A stretch of 64,000 nucleotides of DNA from the human T2T-CHM13v2.0 reference genome, Homo sapiens: assembly GCF_009914755.1 (NCBI RefSeq), contig NC_060926.1, one strand, 5' to 3'. Positions within the stretch are counted from its first letter, which is position 1. Each line of letters opens with the position of its first letter. The notes under the pieces are model-generated. The model did no database searches. It saw only the letters and a program-made list of their open reading frames with translations, and had not been told where the DNA came from. The position numbers were made by a program, and so were the translations under genes. Below, in pieces: positions 40,176 through 54,799 of the stretch.

Positions 40176-40959
40176 ACGAGCGGGTGACTCTGATCCTTGG
40201 GTGCCCAGGGCAAGGGTGGAGCTATTCATAAAAGTAAGAAGCCTGAGAAGTTCAATTGAGGTGCATGATGCGTTTGGTTTCAGACATATGGAATCTAAAA
40301 CTCATAGGACTCAAACACAGAAAGGGAAGTTAGAGCCAGATCTACATATTTTGATGTTCCCTTCACAGAGAAGATAATTTAAACCATTGGAAAGGATAAA
40401 TACTTGATGACATTATTGAGGGCAGACTTGGGAACTAAGGGAACACAACCAAAGAAAAGCATTTTAAAAACAAAAGAGAAGAGAATGATACAAATTTATC
40501 TCAAAGGGGAGTGGTACAGGACAGAATTAAAGATGAGTATTCAGAGGAAGCAAGCTCTGCCAACCGACTGAACTGTGCCAGAAAAAGAGGCCTTTGGTGT
40601 CCTACAAGGCTCAAGAAATTGGGGCAGTGCAGTGAGTGGCAGCAGGCAGAAGGCTAGAAGCCAGACTCAATGGTCAATGGAGTTGGAAATTGTCAAAAGG
40701 GAAGTGTAACTGTGACTCCCTTTTTATGAATAGCTGATGATAAAGAGATAAAGGTAGTAGCAGCATGGTATATTTTTTCCTGACATTGCAAGAGAGAGAG
40801 AACTATGATGAAAAACACTCCTGGGAGAGATGTGGTAAGAATGAGGAACTTATAACTTCCAACCTCTGAATATCTACGTTCATTGTTTTGCTTCCGTTTC
40901 TGATGGAATTAGTAAAATGCTATTGGTTCTTAGAGACAGGAACAAAAATATATAAAAAT

Positions 40960-41920
40960 AAATAAGATTTATGTAGCAATTACTATGTGCCAGGTCATCC
41001 TATGTGTTTTACATCAGCCAGCTGTGTCCTCCCAGCTCAACCCTATGGGTATGGTTCTAGTATTGTCATCTCATGTTACAGATGAAGAAACCAAGGCACC
41101 AAGAGGTTAAGTAACTTGTGCAAGTTCAGCTTGTGAAAGGCAGATCTCGAACTTGAACCCAATGGTCTGGCTTCATTGTCTTTGTTCTTAACCACCACAC
41201 CCTATATTCTCTAATGTGAGGTGAGGTCAGTTTTATTACAACCATTTTATAGAGGAGAAAACCAGTTCAGTGAAGACAAGTAACTTGCCAACCAGTCAGA
41301 GGCTGAGCCAAGATTCAAATCGACACCTTCTTGTGCCAAATCCAGGGTAGTTTCCATTACCTATTGTTACTTCTTGGTAAAGGAGACAAAGATATCATCC
41401 ATGAAGAGTGACAGAAGGTTCTTAGGGAACTGGGCACCTATATTTAAAATATTTTTAAAAACAAAAAAGCTTGAAAGAGCTTTTGTGAGTAATATGATAA
41501 TAAATCAATAATAGGTACAATTTTGATGTATATGTTATAACCAAAAAGCATATTCCAACAGAAATGAAGAATCATTAATAAATATTTATTGAATAAATGA
41601 ATGAATGAAACTGATAGAGACACCTCCTCTGCCTCCCTCCATTGGCTCCCAGAAACATCACCGAAAATAAGCTCTATCAATAGACAGGAGAGTTAGCATC
41701 TGTTGAAGGTTTTTATGTTCCCGGCACTGTGCCAGGCATATTACATACAAAATCTCATTTAATCTTTGTGACAATGCTATTAAGTACAATACTATTATTA
41801 TTACACCAATTTTATGGAGATGAGATATATACTTTACCGAAGGAAACATGGCTAGTAAATTGATGACCAAGTTTCAGGCCCTACCTTGGCAGGCTCCAGA
41901 GGTTGTGTTCTTAATCACTA
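40960..41920 (-). mobile_element. Cluster of three MIR copies (about 40960-41200, 41230-41360, 41690-41920)
   Basis: 'ttacagatgaagaaaccaaggc...gttaagtaacttg' and related MIR cores. Confidence 0.75.
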
Positions 41921-42460
41921 AAGATGTCGGTCAGTGTTTGCCCTGTCCACGGGGTTCTAGACGACCTGGCCCCCACCTTAAATATCTATGTCACAGCATT
42001 CCTATTGCATGAATCCCACCTAATCCTAGCCCCTAAAAATGACTGATGGCTTGGAAGTGGGCATTCAACCCACCTGTTTTTCTACTAGAGGCTGACCTCC
42101 TGCCTATGATTGGACATGAAAAGGTAAGCTGAAACAGTTAGATTTCTCTTGTGGGACATTAGATGTGAGCAACTGAGATACTTACTTAGCGGTTAGGAAG
42201 GAGAAATAAAGTTATATGAGCATGAGTTGGATTGAAGCAGAGAGCCCTTATGGGACTATGTACAAGCCAGCTGATGAAATGAGGAGAGAAAGTCCATGGA
42301 GTAAAACCAGAAGAGGATGGAATAGATGTGCAGAAAGTAACAGCAATGCCATGTGCAAAAGACCAAACAGTCCCTCCAGGAGTCCACAAAAAAGTAGATT
42401 TGTTATCTTACAGTCTTCTAGTTCTAGTTGCAGAGGTCTAGATGTTGTTCAGTTCATTTC

Positions 42461-43002
42461 TCTGGTAACTAGCCTTCCAGATGGCACCAATGATTCCCCT
42501 ACCCTTATGGAACCTCTGCCCACAGGGCTGGTATGAATGATAGGTAGAATATGGCAGAAGCGATGATATGCTACTTTAAGGATTAGGTTATAAAAGACTG
42601 TTGGATTGGAAGACTAGACTTAGGTTGCAAAAGACTGTGGCTTCTGTCCTGAGTTCTCTCTTTTGAATTACTCACTCTGGGGCAGACAAGCTGCCATATC
42701 ATGAGGACACTCAGGTGGTCTATGGAGAAGCTCACCCGGAGGAAAAGAAGTTTTCAGTCAACAGCCAGCAAGGAACTAAAGCCTTCCAACAACCCCATGA
42801 GTGGGTTTAGAAGCAAATTCTACTAGTTAAGCCTGAGATGATTGCTTGACAGCAACCTCATGAGAAAGCTGGAACCAGAACTACCCTGTTAAGCTGCTCT
42901 TAGATTTCTGAACCACAGAAACTATAAGATAATAAATGTTCACTGTTTTTAAATTACTAAGTTTTCAGGTAATTTGTTACACAGCATTAGACAACTAATA
43001 TA
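42461..43002 (+). mobile_element. MLT1F-like MaLR LTR
   Basis: 'gattaggttataaaagactg', 'cagccagcaaggaact', 'gtaatttgttacacagcattagacaactaata'. Confidence 0.85.
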
Positions 43003-43577
43003 CTTTTCTTAGCTCCTGGGAGATCTGTTTCATTTAATGCCCCATAAGCTTTGTTTCAAAAAGCATCCACTTCCCTCAACAAGTTTGAATATGCTTTTGT
43101 TTCTTCTGGTTGAAAGGACCAGACCCGAACCCATGCCACTACACTCAATCCTTGGGGATAACACTCCTTGGAGCCCAGACAACTCACCTTAATTCCCATC
43201 CCTGTTTTCATCCCATCTGTTCTGCTCAAGTAATTGCCTAGATTCATATTCTACTTTGTATCTGCATCCACTAGGTTCCAAGCCATTTGCCTAACTTTAA
43301 GCTACTGGCAGGCTGTGCACTTGACTCTTATCCCCTGAGCTGACTGTCCAGACACTCCCCTGGCCAGCTGGGATCCAACGCTTGCCTAACCTTCCAGTCT
43401 TATTTTTGAATCTCACAGGACTAACTTCAAATATGTCACCCTTTCCACCATTATCAAAGTCTCAGCCTTAAGGAACACTTATACTTTTGTTCTCCAGATT
43501 GACGTTAAGGCTGCCTTATAGCAAGAACAGATCATGTTTTTTCCAATAGTGAATATGCCACTAAAATTCACTGGCAT

Positions 43578-44373
<796 letters not shown>

Positions 44374-46749
44374 TAGAAATTTATCTTATGGATAAATTTA
44401 CATGAAGACAAAATATACACAAAGACATAAACACATAGATATCATTGCAACTTGTTTTCAATAGAGAAAGGAAAGACACAATCGAAATCCCCATTATTAG
44501 TGGATAGGTAGAAACAGATTATATACATTCATACGATGGAATTTAGGCAATTGCTGATAGAATAAGGCAACTCCATAGGTATAGCTGTAAATTATATTAA
44601 ATGAACAAATGAGGTACAGAGCAGTGTGTGTAGTACACTACCATGTGTGAGTGTGTGTGTGTTTGCAATTCTGCTTATTCATTTATTCAACAAATATTAT
44701 TTGAGCTCCTTTTAGATGCCCAGCACTATCCTGGAAGTTGGAGCTGAACAAGAAAAAAATGTAGGACATGGAGCTTACATTTCACTACATTCTATATGCA
44801 TAGACTATCTTTGCAATGACAAAAAGAATCAGGTAGCCATTATTTCCTGGGACAGGTACACCACGAGGTTGAGGGACCAGAGTGTGATACTTCACTTTCA
44901 TTCTGTTTATCTTTTGTTACTATTTGTTACTATGCTCAAGAATTTTCTAGGCCCCCTCCCTAACTTTTAATTAGAAAAACACAATAGCCATTTCATTTCA
45001 TTAAACCTCTTCTATTAAGACAGATTTAATGCTCCTTCAAAGCACGCTCATTCAATCTTTTCTATACAGATAAACTCATGCCAAGAAATGATCCTGGAAA
45101 TATATTTCAGACTGATGGTTTCTGGTCTGAGTTTATCTCAAGACTAGAGAAGGGTCAACTGTAATCAAAGTGTGTGATTTTTAAGAAGAAATTTCATCCT
45201 AAAGCCACAGAGAGAAATAAATTGATTTTTGTGATGGGCTCTGAGTTGGTTACTAACACAGAGTCCCTCATGTGAAAGAAATAACAGAGTTGGACATGAT
45301 TAGTATCATTCTAGTACATTGCCACAACAGAACTTTGCAAATGATTCCCAGCAACGAGTCAGAAAGAATATGCCAAGATTCACAGTAGCAGCCCTAATGG
45401 CTGGGTTTTGCAAAGGCTGAGGGTGTGTGGGGAGGGGCACTTGCTGAAATATTAGACATCATGTTTTCATTTGAGTCCTATGAGAACACCCATGCTCCCT
45501 CCTCCAGCTGATTAGCCTGCTGAAAATATATTACCTTCATCTCCAACCAACATAATTTACTAATAACATTGCAGATCAAGAACTAAGTTTAGGCATGTGT
45601 TTGGATTAGGTGTGATCTGTGATGACAAAGGCTCCAAACCAAGCACAAATAACAAGGATAGATTTATGCAGGCAAGGATGCTCATTGTGATTATTTATCA
45701 CAGTGACATCATTTTGGTTGGGGGTGGGGAAAGGGGAAATGAGAATCTTGTGAACTGAGTTTCTGGACACATGGAACTGGTTCCAGCTGTCACAGAGGCA
45801 AGCACTGTTTAAGCGGCTCCCCTGTCCTTGTCAGGGTTCTCCTGACATCCTACATCATCCTGGCTGGCCCTGTCAGACATCTGTTTTAAACAGAGGCTGC
45901 CATTCAGACCTAGTCAGATGAGAGTCTTGTGATACCTATCCATGTCCCTCCAGAGCAAAATGAGGTCACTAAGTCCCTGGGAGTGTCACCTCTGTGCTTG
46001 GAGGCAACAATTCGACCTAAGGTTCCAGAATTTGAGGCTTTATCTGCCAGACTCCATTGAAATTCTGAGTTATACTGACTTCAATGTCTCTTTTTGTTCT
46101 TTTTTTACTGAGTTTTATGGGCAGCGGATTCCCCTCCCTGTTGGATATGAGGTGTTGTGGACTCTCTGGGCCAAAAACCACTCTTGGCCCAGAAGGCTCA
46201 TATTTGGCTTTCAGACAAGCCTGGCAGACACCGCCAAGGAGTTGGCTCACGGCCTGCTCTACAGACTTTTTAAAGGAGTGGAACCAAAACAAGGAGACCT
46301 TAGAATGTAACAGCTAAACATTGCAAGTTCGCTTCACCTCATTCAAATGATGGGAGACATATTCCAGTCAACGTTAACTGCATACATCCATGTGTCGTGT
46401 ACATACTCTAAGGGTCTGCAGCATTCTGGAATCCTGGATGTCTTCCCTGGATTTCACACAGCATCTGAAGCCTCCATAGAGGCACCCTCATGATAAGATG
46501 AACCTCAGTCTAGGAGAGGAGAGACTCGCTGGGCTCGAGCAGGTCAGTCAGTACTGACAGCAAAATCAGACCCAGGCTCTGCGTCAGGCATTCTGGGATG
46601 AGGCCGGCACAGGCATAAGGACGCCCACTTGAGACTCCTCTGTGCCTGTGCACTCCTGGAGGGTGTACAGGCATGAGACTCCTCACAATAAGCCTGCAGG
46701 AATAGGATATGGAAAATATCACTATTCCTCTTTTATCCAGGGAATCCCA

Positions 46750-46826
46750 GTTGGTGCACAAGTAATTGCGGTTTTGCCATTACAAGTAATTGCAAAAAAC
46801 ACAATTACTTGTGCACCAACTTAATA
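46750..46826. mobile_element. MADE1 (Hsmar1-derived MITE) within a MIR
   Basis: gttggtgcacaagtaattg...caattacttgtgcaccaac palindrome. Confidence 0.92.
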
Positions 46827-47872
46827 CATACAAAAAAAGCTAAGAAGAAGAGATCAATGACTTAGTCAAAGCCCCAGAGCTAGAAACTCACAGAGGCGGG
46901 ATTTGAACTTGCTCTCCTGGACCCAGAAGACCTGCTTATCCCAGTGGCCTTCCTGATTCTAGTGTTTGTAGAGCCGTTGAGTGTGTTTCTTATACACAGT
47001 GGTGTGTGAGCAACAAACTTGCACAATTACACTCACAAACCCAGGTACTGAATCTTTCATTTCCCACAAAGTCACTGATCATTTCACCACCTTTACTCTA
47101 CCCAAAAAATCCCAGGGAAGAAAATAAGGAGAATTCAGAAAAGAGGGATTCAAAATAACTAATGAACAGAAAAGTTACGGAAGCTAGGATGGTTTCACTT
47201 TGAAATGGAGAAGGTTGCAATCATATAATAAATAATTCTCAATTAAATAAAGTGTCAAGACTTATCTCACCCAAAAGTGAGAGATGCCAAAAGCTCCCTC
47301 CAGTCCAAATTTCTTCCTTGAAGGATCTGCTACCAATGCTCCAAATTCCATTTTCTGGAGCCCACGATTGACATTCATTCGTGATACCTTATGAATCTTT
47401 TATACCTTGTCACAGATTCAAATCCACCACTCACAGATAGAATCGTGGCCCTAGAGAGTAAGGCCATGTGGAAAGAGGAGGCTGAGTAGATTCGCTTCAG
47501 ACAGAAGAAGGCAGCAAGGCCTGGGGATGGAGGGCAGCTGAGAGCGAGCGGGAGGGCAGCAGGGGTGGGACAGGCCAATGGCAGTTGTGGCAGTAGCAAG
47601 GTGGTGGTGATGTCAGTGGGGACAGGGCAAGGGAGTTAGGTCACCGGGGCCAACACAGACCCTGTAGCATGTGGATGCTGCATACTTGGAGCGCAAGAAG
47701 ACTATTCAGATGGAACTTGTGCCTTAATTTGACAGCACTCATTTTAACATACTTAAGAAAAATTATTGCCAGGAGAGCAATGCTGTTGTTTTACAGATTT
47801 TAGTGCTTTAAAACAAGGGTAGGTTTCTTAAAAAGTGATTTAGTGGAGAAGAAAAAAAGATAAACGTATTCT

Positions 47873-47960
47873 TTATTGCCACTGAACTGTATACTCAAAC
47901 ATGGTAAAGATAGTAAATTACATATGTATATTTACCTCAATACAAAAACAAATAAATAAA
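47873..47960 (+). mobile_element. L1M extreme 3' end
   Basis: 'tgccactgaactgtatactc...atggtaaagatagtaaatt' plus A-rich tail. Confidence 0.7.
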
Positions 47961-49223
47961 ATCAATTTGATGGAAAATGCCAAGTTAAATTACAAGGGGT
48001 CCTCAGACATAACAAACATTGGGAAGGTGGCATCCAAATGATGGAAGTTTTGAAAACCCTTATTTAGATCCTCATATTTTCTCAGCCAACATTGATTTTG
48101 CTCCTGCTTTGTGCCAAGCACCATGTACCATACAGGGGTGCCCGCCCTCTAGTTTATAGTCTCAGGGTAGTGAGACCAGTAAATCATTACAAAAGAATAT
48201 CCAATGGTCACTGTAGACACAAGGGGCAAGGGGCCCACCAGGCCCAGAGGACGCGGGGAAGCTGCCTAGAAGAGGAACTGTGGCATGAGTCTAGGAATTG
48301 GACACCACGGTTGAGGATGATGTTCCAAGCAGAGGATGCCCGCATCAAGCCTCAGGAGCACCTAAAAAGCAGGTGTTCCTTACAGCCTCCCCTGCCGCTG
48401 TGAGCCACTGATTCTGTGGAGTGTGCTTGAAGGGCACGGTAGATGGGCAGGAAGGCAAATGTGCAAATTTACCTGTCTGCCAAGCGGACCAGGTCCAACA
48501 GATAGTCAAAGTCCACAGATACTCTCTCTCAGTCGGTCTGATTTTAAGCCCCCCCACACAGCTCCAGCCCTTGAGCCTGGACTGTGACAATCCCCAGGTA
48601 CCCTGAGGGCTGACCTTCAGATGTCCTGACCCCTGCCTTCCCAGTGTCCAGCGGCTTTTCTAGAATCACCAATTCCGACATTCCCAAAACTCCCCAAGCC
48701 TACTTCTAGATTGCTTTAATGTTTGATTACAACACAGTTTTTTGACCTTGACCTTGGACTGCATCAAAAATCTGATAACCCTCCTGATTGTGGCTTAAAA
48801 GTCAGGAGTCAAATTCCCTCCCTTAGCACTTCCTAAAAGTAGTGTGCAGCTGACCCACAAAATAACCCACTCTGGGTATAACAGCTGGTGGTTGATTTTC
48901 CTTTTCCAAAACCAATGCTCTTCATTTCAGAAACCCTGGAGAACCCGTACAATTAAAAAGTGCAATTAATTAGAATACTTAAAATCCACCAGCAGCTACA
49001 TTCAAAACAGCAGCCACATGTAAAGCAGCAGCCACCTCTGATGTTGCTGCCGCCTCTGACTAGTCCACAGGGCACTGCCAGCTTAAAGTGATAGGCCCAG
49101 ACAGCACCCAGGAGGCCACTAAAGGACCATGTGCGGCCTTGAGGTGCTGAAGGAAACAGCACGCTGTTATGGGCTGACTCATTTGGCAATGATGTAATTG
49201 GATACCTTTAATGAGCACCCAAA

Positions 49224-49334
49224 TAAACTTTTAAAAATTTTTACAATCACGCCTTTCTCACCACTTAACCACCACTAACGATGTGTTTATTGTAAACTTT
49301 TTAAAAATTTTACAATCATGCCTTTCTTACCACT
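49224..49334. repeat. Direct duplication of about 42 bp with a 27-bp filler
   Basis: taaacttttaaaaattt...gcctttct(c/t)accact at 49224-49265 and 49293-49334. Confidence 0.9.
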
Positions 49335-49639
49335 GGTTTTCAATATTTCTCCACCTTTAAAAAAGGAGAAAAGAAAAATAATCATGTAATAAAAATACTA
49401 AAAAGCTTATTTATGGACCTTTGCATCCCTTTTGCTCTTTGGTAGAAGAAAAAAAGGGGTAGGGGCCTCAAACAGTACCTGGTATGTAGTAAGTACTCAG
49501 TAAACACTAATGTTATAAGGTTATGTACACAAAGAATGAGAAAATATATTCGCTCCAAAGCTGAGATGAATATTTCCCTAAAGATGTTGGTAGGAGGCAT
49601 TTGAATGATGACATTGATTATGTCTATCATAGCATTTTA

Positions 49640-49860
49640 TAAAGATGATAATCATCTTTGCTTCACCTTCTTCACTTCTCAGAGAGTTTTCATTTATATT
49701 TTCTATTCCACAACCATACGATTGGGGACATCAGGTAATATTATTTCCATTTCACAGATGAAGAAACTAAGACCTAGAGGACAGGATGCATCATAGTCTT
49801 GTAGCTGGGTAAGGCAGAAGCCCTGGCTCTTTGTTGGCTCCTCTCTTGCACTTTACCTTC
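49640..49860 (-). mobile_element. MIR SINE
   Basis: 'attatttccatttcacagatgaagaaactaagacctagag'. Confidence 0.75.
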
Positions 49861-49962
49861 ATTAACAATTGCACCCCTGGTTCTCAATTGCGACACTCCA
49901 CACTGGTTTCCTAAATGTGAGCTACCGGGAAGAAACAAATTTGAAAAAAAAAATTACCCTGA

Positions 49963-50270
<308 letters not shown>

Positions 50271-52057
50271 AAGAGAATCTATTTTATAAAGAGCCACTGA
50301 CCACTCAACCAATTCCTCAGTCCTGAGCAAGTGCTTTTATGTGTGAGGCATCATGCTTTTAAAAAGAGAGGGTTAGGAGGGAAAAACAAAACTCGACCAT
50401 GATTTCGTCAATGGTGAGCAATAAATACGCCTAATTCTAAAAGTAAATTGGCCTCCTCTAGACAAGATAGTTTTTACCCTAAAGTTAGAATCTACTCTGG
50501 AAACCTCGTAACTTCAACAGGACATCTCCTCCCATCTGCTCTTTCCTTCATGGCTGAATCTTCAAGAAGTGCCAATTTTCTCCCAACACACACGTTCCCC
50601 AAAATGCCATCTACCCAGCCTTCATCAAACCATGCCTCTCTCCTCCATTTTACCAAATGTGAAATTCATTCATCCTCTGCCATTTTTCATGTTTCCTTTT
50701 AATCAGGTCAAAATGCAGCCTACTAGCAACAGGTACACTCTATACTTTGCCCTAAATTAAGTGACATATACTTCTGTATATCTTACCACATTTTCCTTGT
50801 AGAGGGTGATGTTTTCTCTCCTTAGAATGTAAATTCTCAAGGGCAGAAATCAGAGATTCATCTTTTCTTCAATGACTTTCTCATTTCTCTGCCCCAAAAC
50901 ATCTAATTCATTTGGAGATATCATCGATTCTCTCTCTCTTCCTCTCCTCATACTCTCCCATTGTAGTTATTTTCTCATCTAAAAACAACTTTATCTGGCA
51001 TTTGTGAAGATAACAATTCAATAGGCAATTCCCACATATTGAATGAAATGAATGTAATAAAAAAGTACTAATAGTTTAATGATACTTTATATATTTAAAA
51101 GTAGTTTTGCAATTATGATCTTCTGTTTCACAAATTCCAGGTGCTGTTTCTGACCCAATTCCCTGTATCCAAAAGGGAAACCATAAAGGAAAGTGACTTT
51201 AATTGCTTAATCCATTCCAGCTGTTTAGGTATTACTCTAATCCACACCATTTTTTGGTATCACTTACTGGCCATTTTAAAAAATAAGTTCGAAATTCCAT
51301 TTGCCCAAGTAGCAACATTATATTTCAGGATTAGAAGGTGAGGGGGAGGGAGGGGGACGAAAAAAATGGTCGCTGCTTTATTAAGAGTACTAATGCAGTA
51401 ACTTCACTCTTTTCAGCTGAATTTTACCAATTTTCTGCTTGCTGTCTAATCATCTTATTGGGAATTTTAAAAACACAGAAAAGGTTTAAATTGTTCTATC
51501 CACCAACTGTTTCTAAAAGCTCTTAATTTAATCCTGGGAGGTACCTTTTCACACCAAGTAATCCTGCTGACAAGCTCCTTTGTATATTTTGTGAGCTGCT
51601 CTCATTCTTATAAATTGATGATGAATCTAAAACTATGGATACAGCGCTATCTAGCGGTAGGAATGGGTAGACCAGGAGCCTTGAAGCAAGTTGCTCCCAG
51701 TTGACTTTTGAGATCTGTCGTGTTTGCCTGCAGCTTGGCCAGGAAGCAAAAAGTAAGCCTCGTTGTTCTCGTGCATTGAAGTATACTACTATATTGTTAG
51801 AACATCTAATGATCAGCAAATTCTTAATGACAAGAGCTTCTTTTATCTGTCCACCCCCTATTAAGTCTGCCTCTCCTATTGTAGAGATGAGCCTTAAAGG
51901 TAGAGGTTGAGAGTTGGTCAGGAAAAGGCAAATAAGAATGGAAGAGGAGAAACTAGACCTTCCCAATGAGATATGGTAAGTTTGTGAACAAAAAACAATT
52001 TATGAACCAAAAAATGGTGTTCACCATATTCAGTATCCAGTACACATGGATTTTAAA

Positions 52058-52811
52058 GTGATGATGATGATGATAATGATGGTAATGATGTAATAACAGC
52101 GATGATGGTAATGACGGTGATAATGATGGTGGTGATAATGACGGTGATGGTGATAATGATGGTAACGATGTGTTTATTGTGATGGTGGTAATGATAGTAA
52201 TGGTGACGGTGGTGATGATGATATGATGGTGACAATGTGTTAATGGTGATGGTGTTAACGGTGGTAATGATGATGATGCTGGTAATGACGATGATGGTGA
52301 CAATGTGTTAATAGTAATGGTAGTAATGATGGTAATGGTGATGGTGATGATAATGGTGTTGGTGATGATGACGATGGTGACTATGTGTTAACAGTAATGG
52401 TGGTAATCATGGTAATGATAATGACGGTGATGATGGTGACAATGTGTTAATAGTGATGGTGGTAATGATGGTAATGATAATGATGGTGATGGTGATAACG
52501 ATGGTGATGTATTAATGATGATGGTAATGATGGTGATGGTGATGGTGATGTATTAATGATGATGGTAATGATGGTAATGGTGATGGTGATAATGGTGATG
52601 GTGGTAATGATGGTGATGGTGATGGTGATAATGGTGATGGTGATGATGGTGAGGTGATGGTGATGTATTAATGACGATGGTAATGATGGTGATGGTGATG
52701 GTGATAATGGTGATGGTGGTAATGATGGTGATGGTGATGGTGGTAATGATGGTGATGGTGATGGTGGTAATGATGGTGATGATGATGGTGATGGTAGTGA
52801 TGATGATGATG
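52058..52811. repeat. About 750-bp (GAT/GGT/AAT)n compound trinucleotide repeat
   Basis: Directly visible; source of the poly-His/Ile/Val-Met ORFs. Confidence 0.97.
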
Positions 52812-52814
52812 AGA

Positions 52815-53020
52815 GTTGACATTCGTGGAGTGCTTATTATGTCTCAAGTTCTATACACCCACAATAACTTATTAAACCACCCCAAAACCACCTGTAACTT
52901 CCAATTTGCTGTTGAAGAAATGGAGGCAGAAAACAGCCAAGTTATTTTCCCTGAATCACACAGCTAATCAGAAGGAGATGCCAGATGTGAACCAAGGCAA
53001 TTCAAATCCAGAGGAAGTGC
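52815..53020 (-). mobile_element. MIR SINE
   Basis: 'gacattcgtggagtgcttattatgt...gaagaaatggaggcaga...tcacacagctaat'. Confidence 0.7.
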
Positions 53021-53664
53021 CCTTAATAATGATGATGACATTATTAATATTATTGATTATTCATAATGATGTTCAAAATAGTACTAATTTTTAAATTTAG
53101 AAAAACAACATTACTTCCAGAAGTAGTATCCCATCTCCAAAGTCAGAACAGACCAGAGCAACATAGCAACATCCAAGAGCCCATGGTCCACCTTTGCAGA
53201 TCTTATTCTGTTTGGGCTGTTTGGTCTTCATTTCTCATTTATCCACACACACACATGCTGACACACATGCACACAGACAATCATGCTGTACCATGACTAA
53301 CAGGCAATATGTTTGTGTTCCCCAAAGACAGAACAGCTTTGTTGTCAGGAGCTTCATGGGCTGATGCTACTGGAGCGGGAAGAGGCCTTGAAGACAACTT
53401 GGGTACAGTTTCCTCTCTATGTTTCAGAAGACAAAACAAAACTAAGAGATACAGTCATTTTTGCAAATTCAAATTGATTAAATGCTTGAGGATTATTAAC
53501 CTAAAAATAATCGTGACAGTCATTTTAAGGGGAGAGGCACAGAGATGATCACATCCCAATCAAGTCCATCAAGAGGAATGTGGTCCAGTAGGGCAGAAGA
53601 GAGGTGATCAAATAACTCTAATGTCATAGAAGGAGGGACCAAGGACTATGATGATAATAATAAC

Positions 53665-53850
53665 TACCAGTGTTAAATGTTCTCTTATGCCAAGCATGTT
53701 ACAAATATTACAGCATTTGTGTGTGCAAAAACTCTGAGAAATTGATATGATTATCTGACTCATTTTATAGATAAGAGAGGTTAAGTTTCTTCCACCCATG
53801 TATCTATATATAATGAAAGGCAGAAGTAAGATTTTTAAGCCAGTTATTCT
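53665..53850 (-). mobile_element. MIR SINE
   Basis: 'cattttatagataagagaggttaagtttcttcc'. Confidence 0.65.
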
Positions 53851-54049
53851 GGATAGCAAGATCGAGGGCTTCAAATCTATGAGAAAAGTACAGATTATTA
53901 TCCAATACAAAGAGAAAACTAAGTCTGAGAGATCATGGAAGGCTTTGTGGAGGATGCATGCATGAGCTGGGTCATTAAAGATAAATAAGATAGTAAGATT
54001 TCAGCCAGTAAATGAGGTCAGAAGGGCACTCCAGGCAGAGGAAGAAGAA

Positions 54050-54504
54050 TGAATTAGTTTCTTGTGTTTGCTGTAACAAATAACCAGATAGTGGATGTCT
54101 TTTAAAGAAAAGCAGAAATTTATATTCTTACAGTTCTGGAGGCCAACAGTTTAAAAACAAGGTGTTGGCAGGGTCCTGCTCCTTCTAGAGGCTCTAACAG
54201 AGAATCTGTCCTTTCCTCTTCCAGCTTCTGGTAGCTGTCAGCATTCCTTGACTTGTGGTCGCACCACTCCAAATCTCTATCATATTGCCTCCTCCTCCTC
54301 CTCTGTCAAATCTCCCTATATTTCACTTCTACAAAACACTTGTTATTGAATTTAGGGCCCACCCAATAATACAAAATGATCTTCTTGACTCAAGTTCCTT
54401 AGTTACATCTGTAAAGTCCCTTCTTCAAAGTAATGTAGCATTCCCAGGTTGCAGAGAACAAGATGTGGTCATATCTTTGTGGGGTCACCATTCAGCCCAC
54501 TATA
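54050..54504 (-). mobile_element. MLT1C-like MaLR LTR inserted in L2
   Basis: 'gctgtaacaaat...cttacagttctggaggcc...aaggtgttggcaggg...tttagggcccaccc...cattcagcccacta'. Confidence 0.88.
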
Positions 54505-54799
54505 CATGAACAAGGGCAAGGGGAGCAAGAAAGCACATGACAAGTCTTGAGAACCAAAAGCAATATGATTGGGCTTCTGTAGATGAAGTGTAAAGCTGCA
54601 AAGGTTGGATGTGGCCAGGTTGTGAGGACCTTCCGTGCTGTGCTGAGGAGGGTACACTTTGCTGTATGAAAGGGAAACAACTGAAGACTTTTAGGCTGAT
54701 GAGTGACATATTCACGATTATGCCTAAAGCATATCAAAGAGAATCTTGGAGTTAGTGGGGTCTCTAAGACATGTACATGGACACTAAAACTAATGAGCA

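Noticed and set aside
45942-46317. Overlapping 77-122-aa ORFs in unique DNA
   Set aside because: No recognisable homology or exon context; consistent with chance
51953-52967. Poly-His, Ile/Thr and Val/Met ORFs
   Set aside because: Translation artefacts of the trinucleotide repeat
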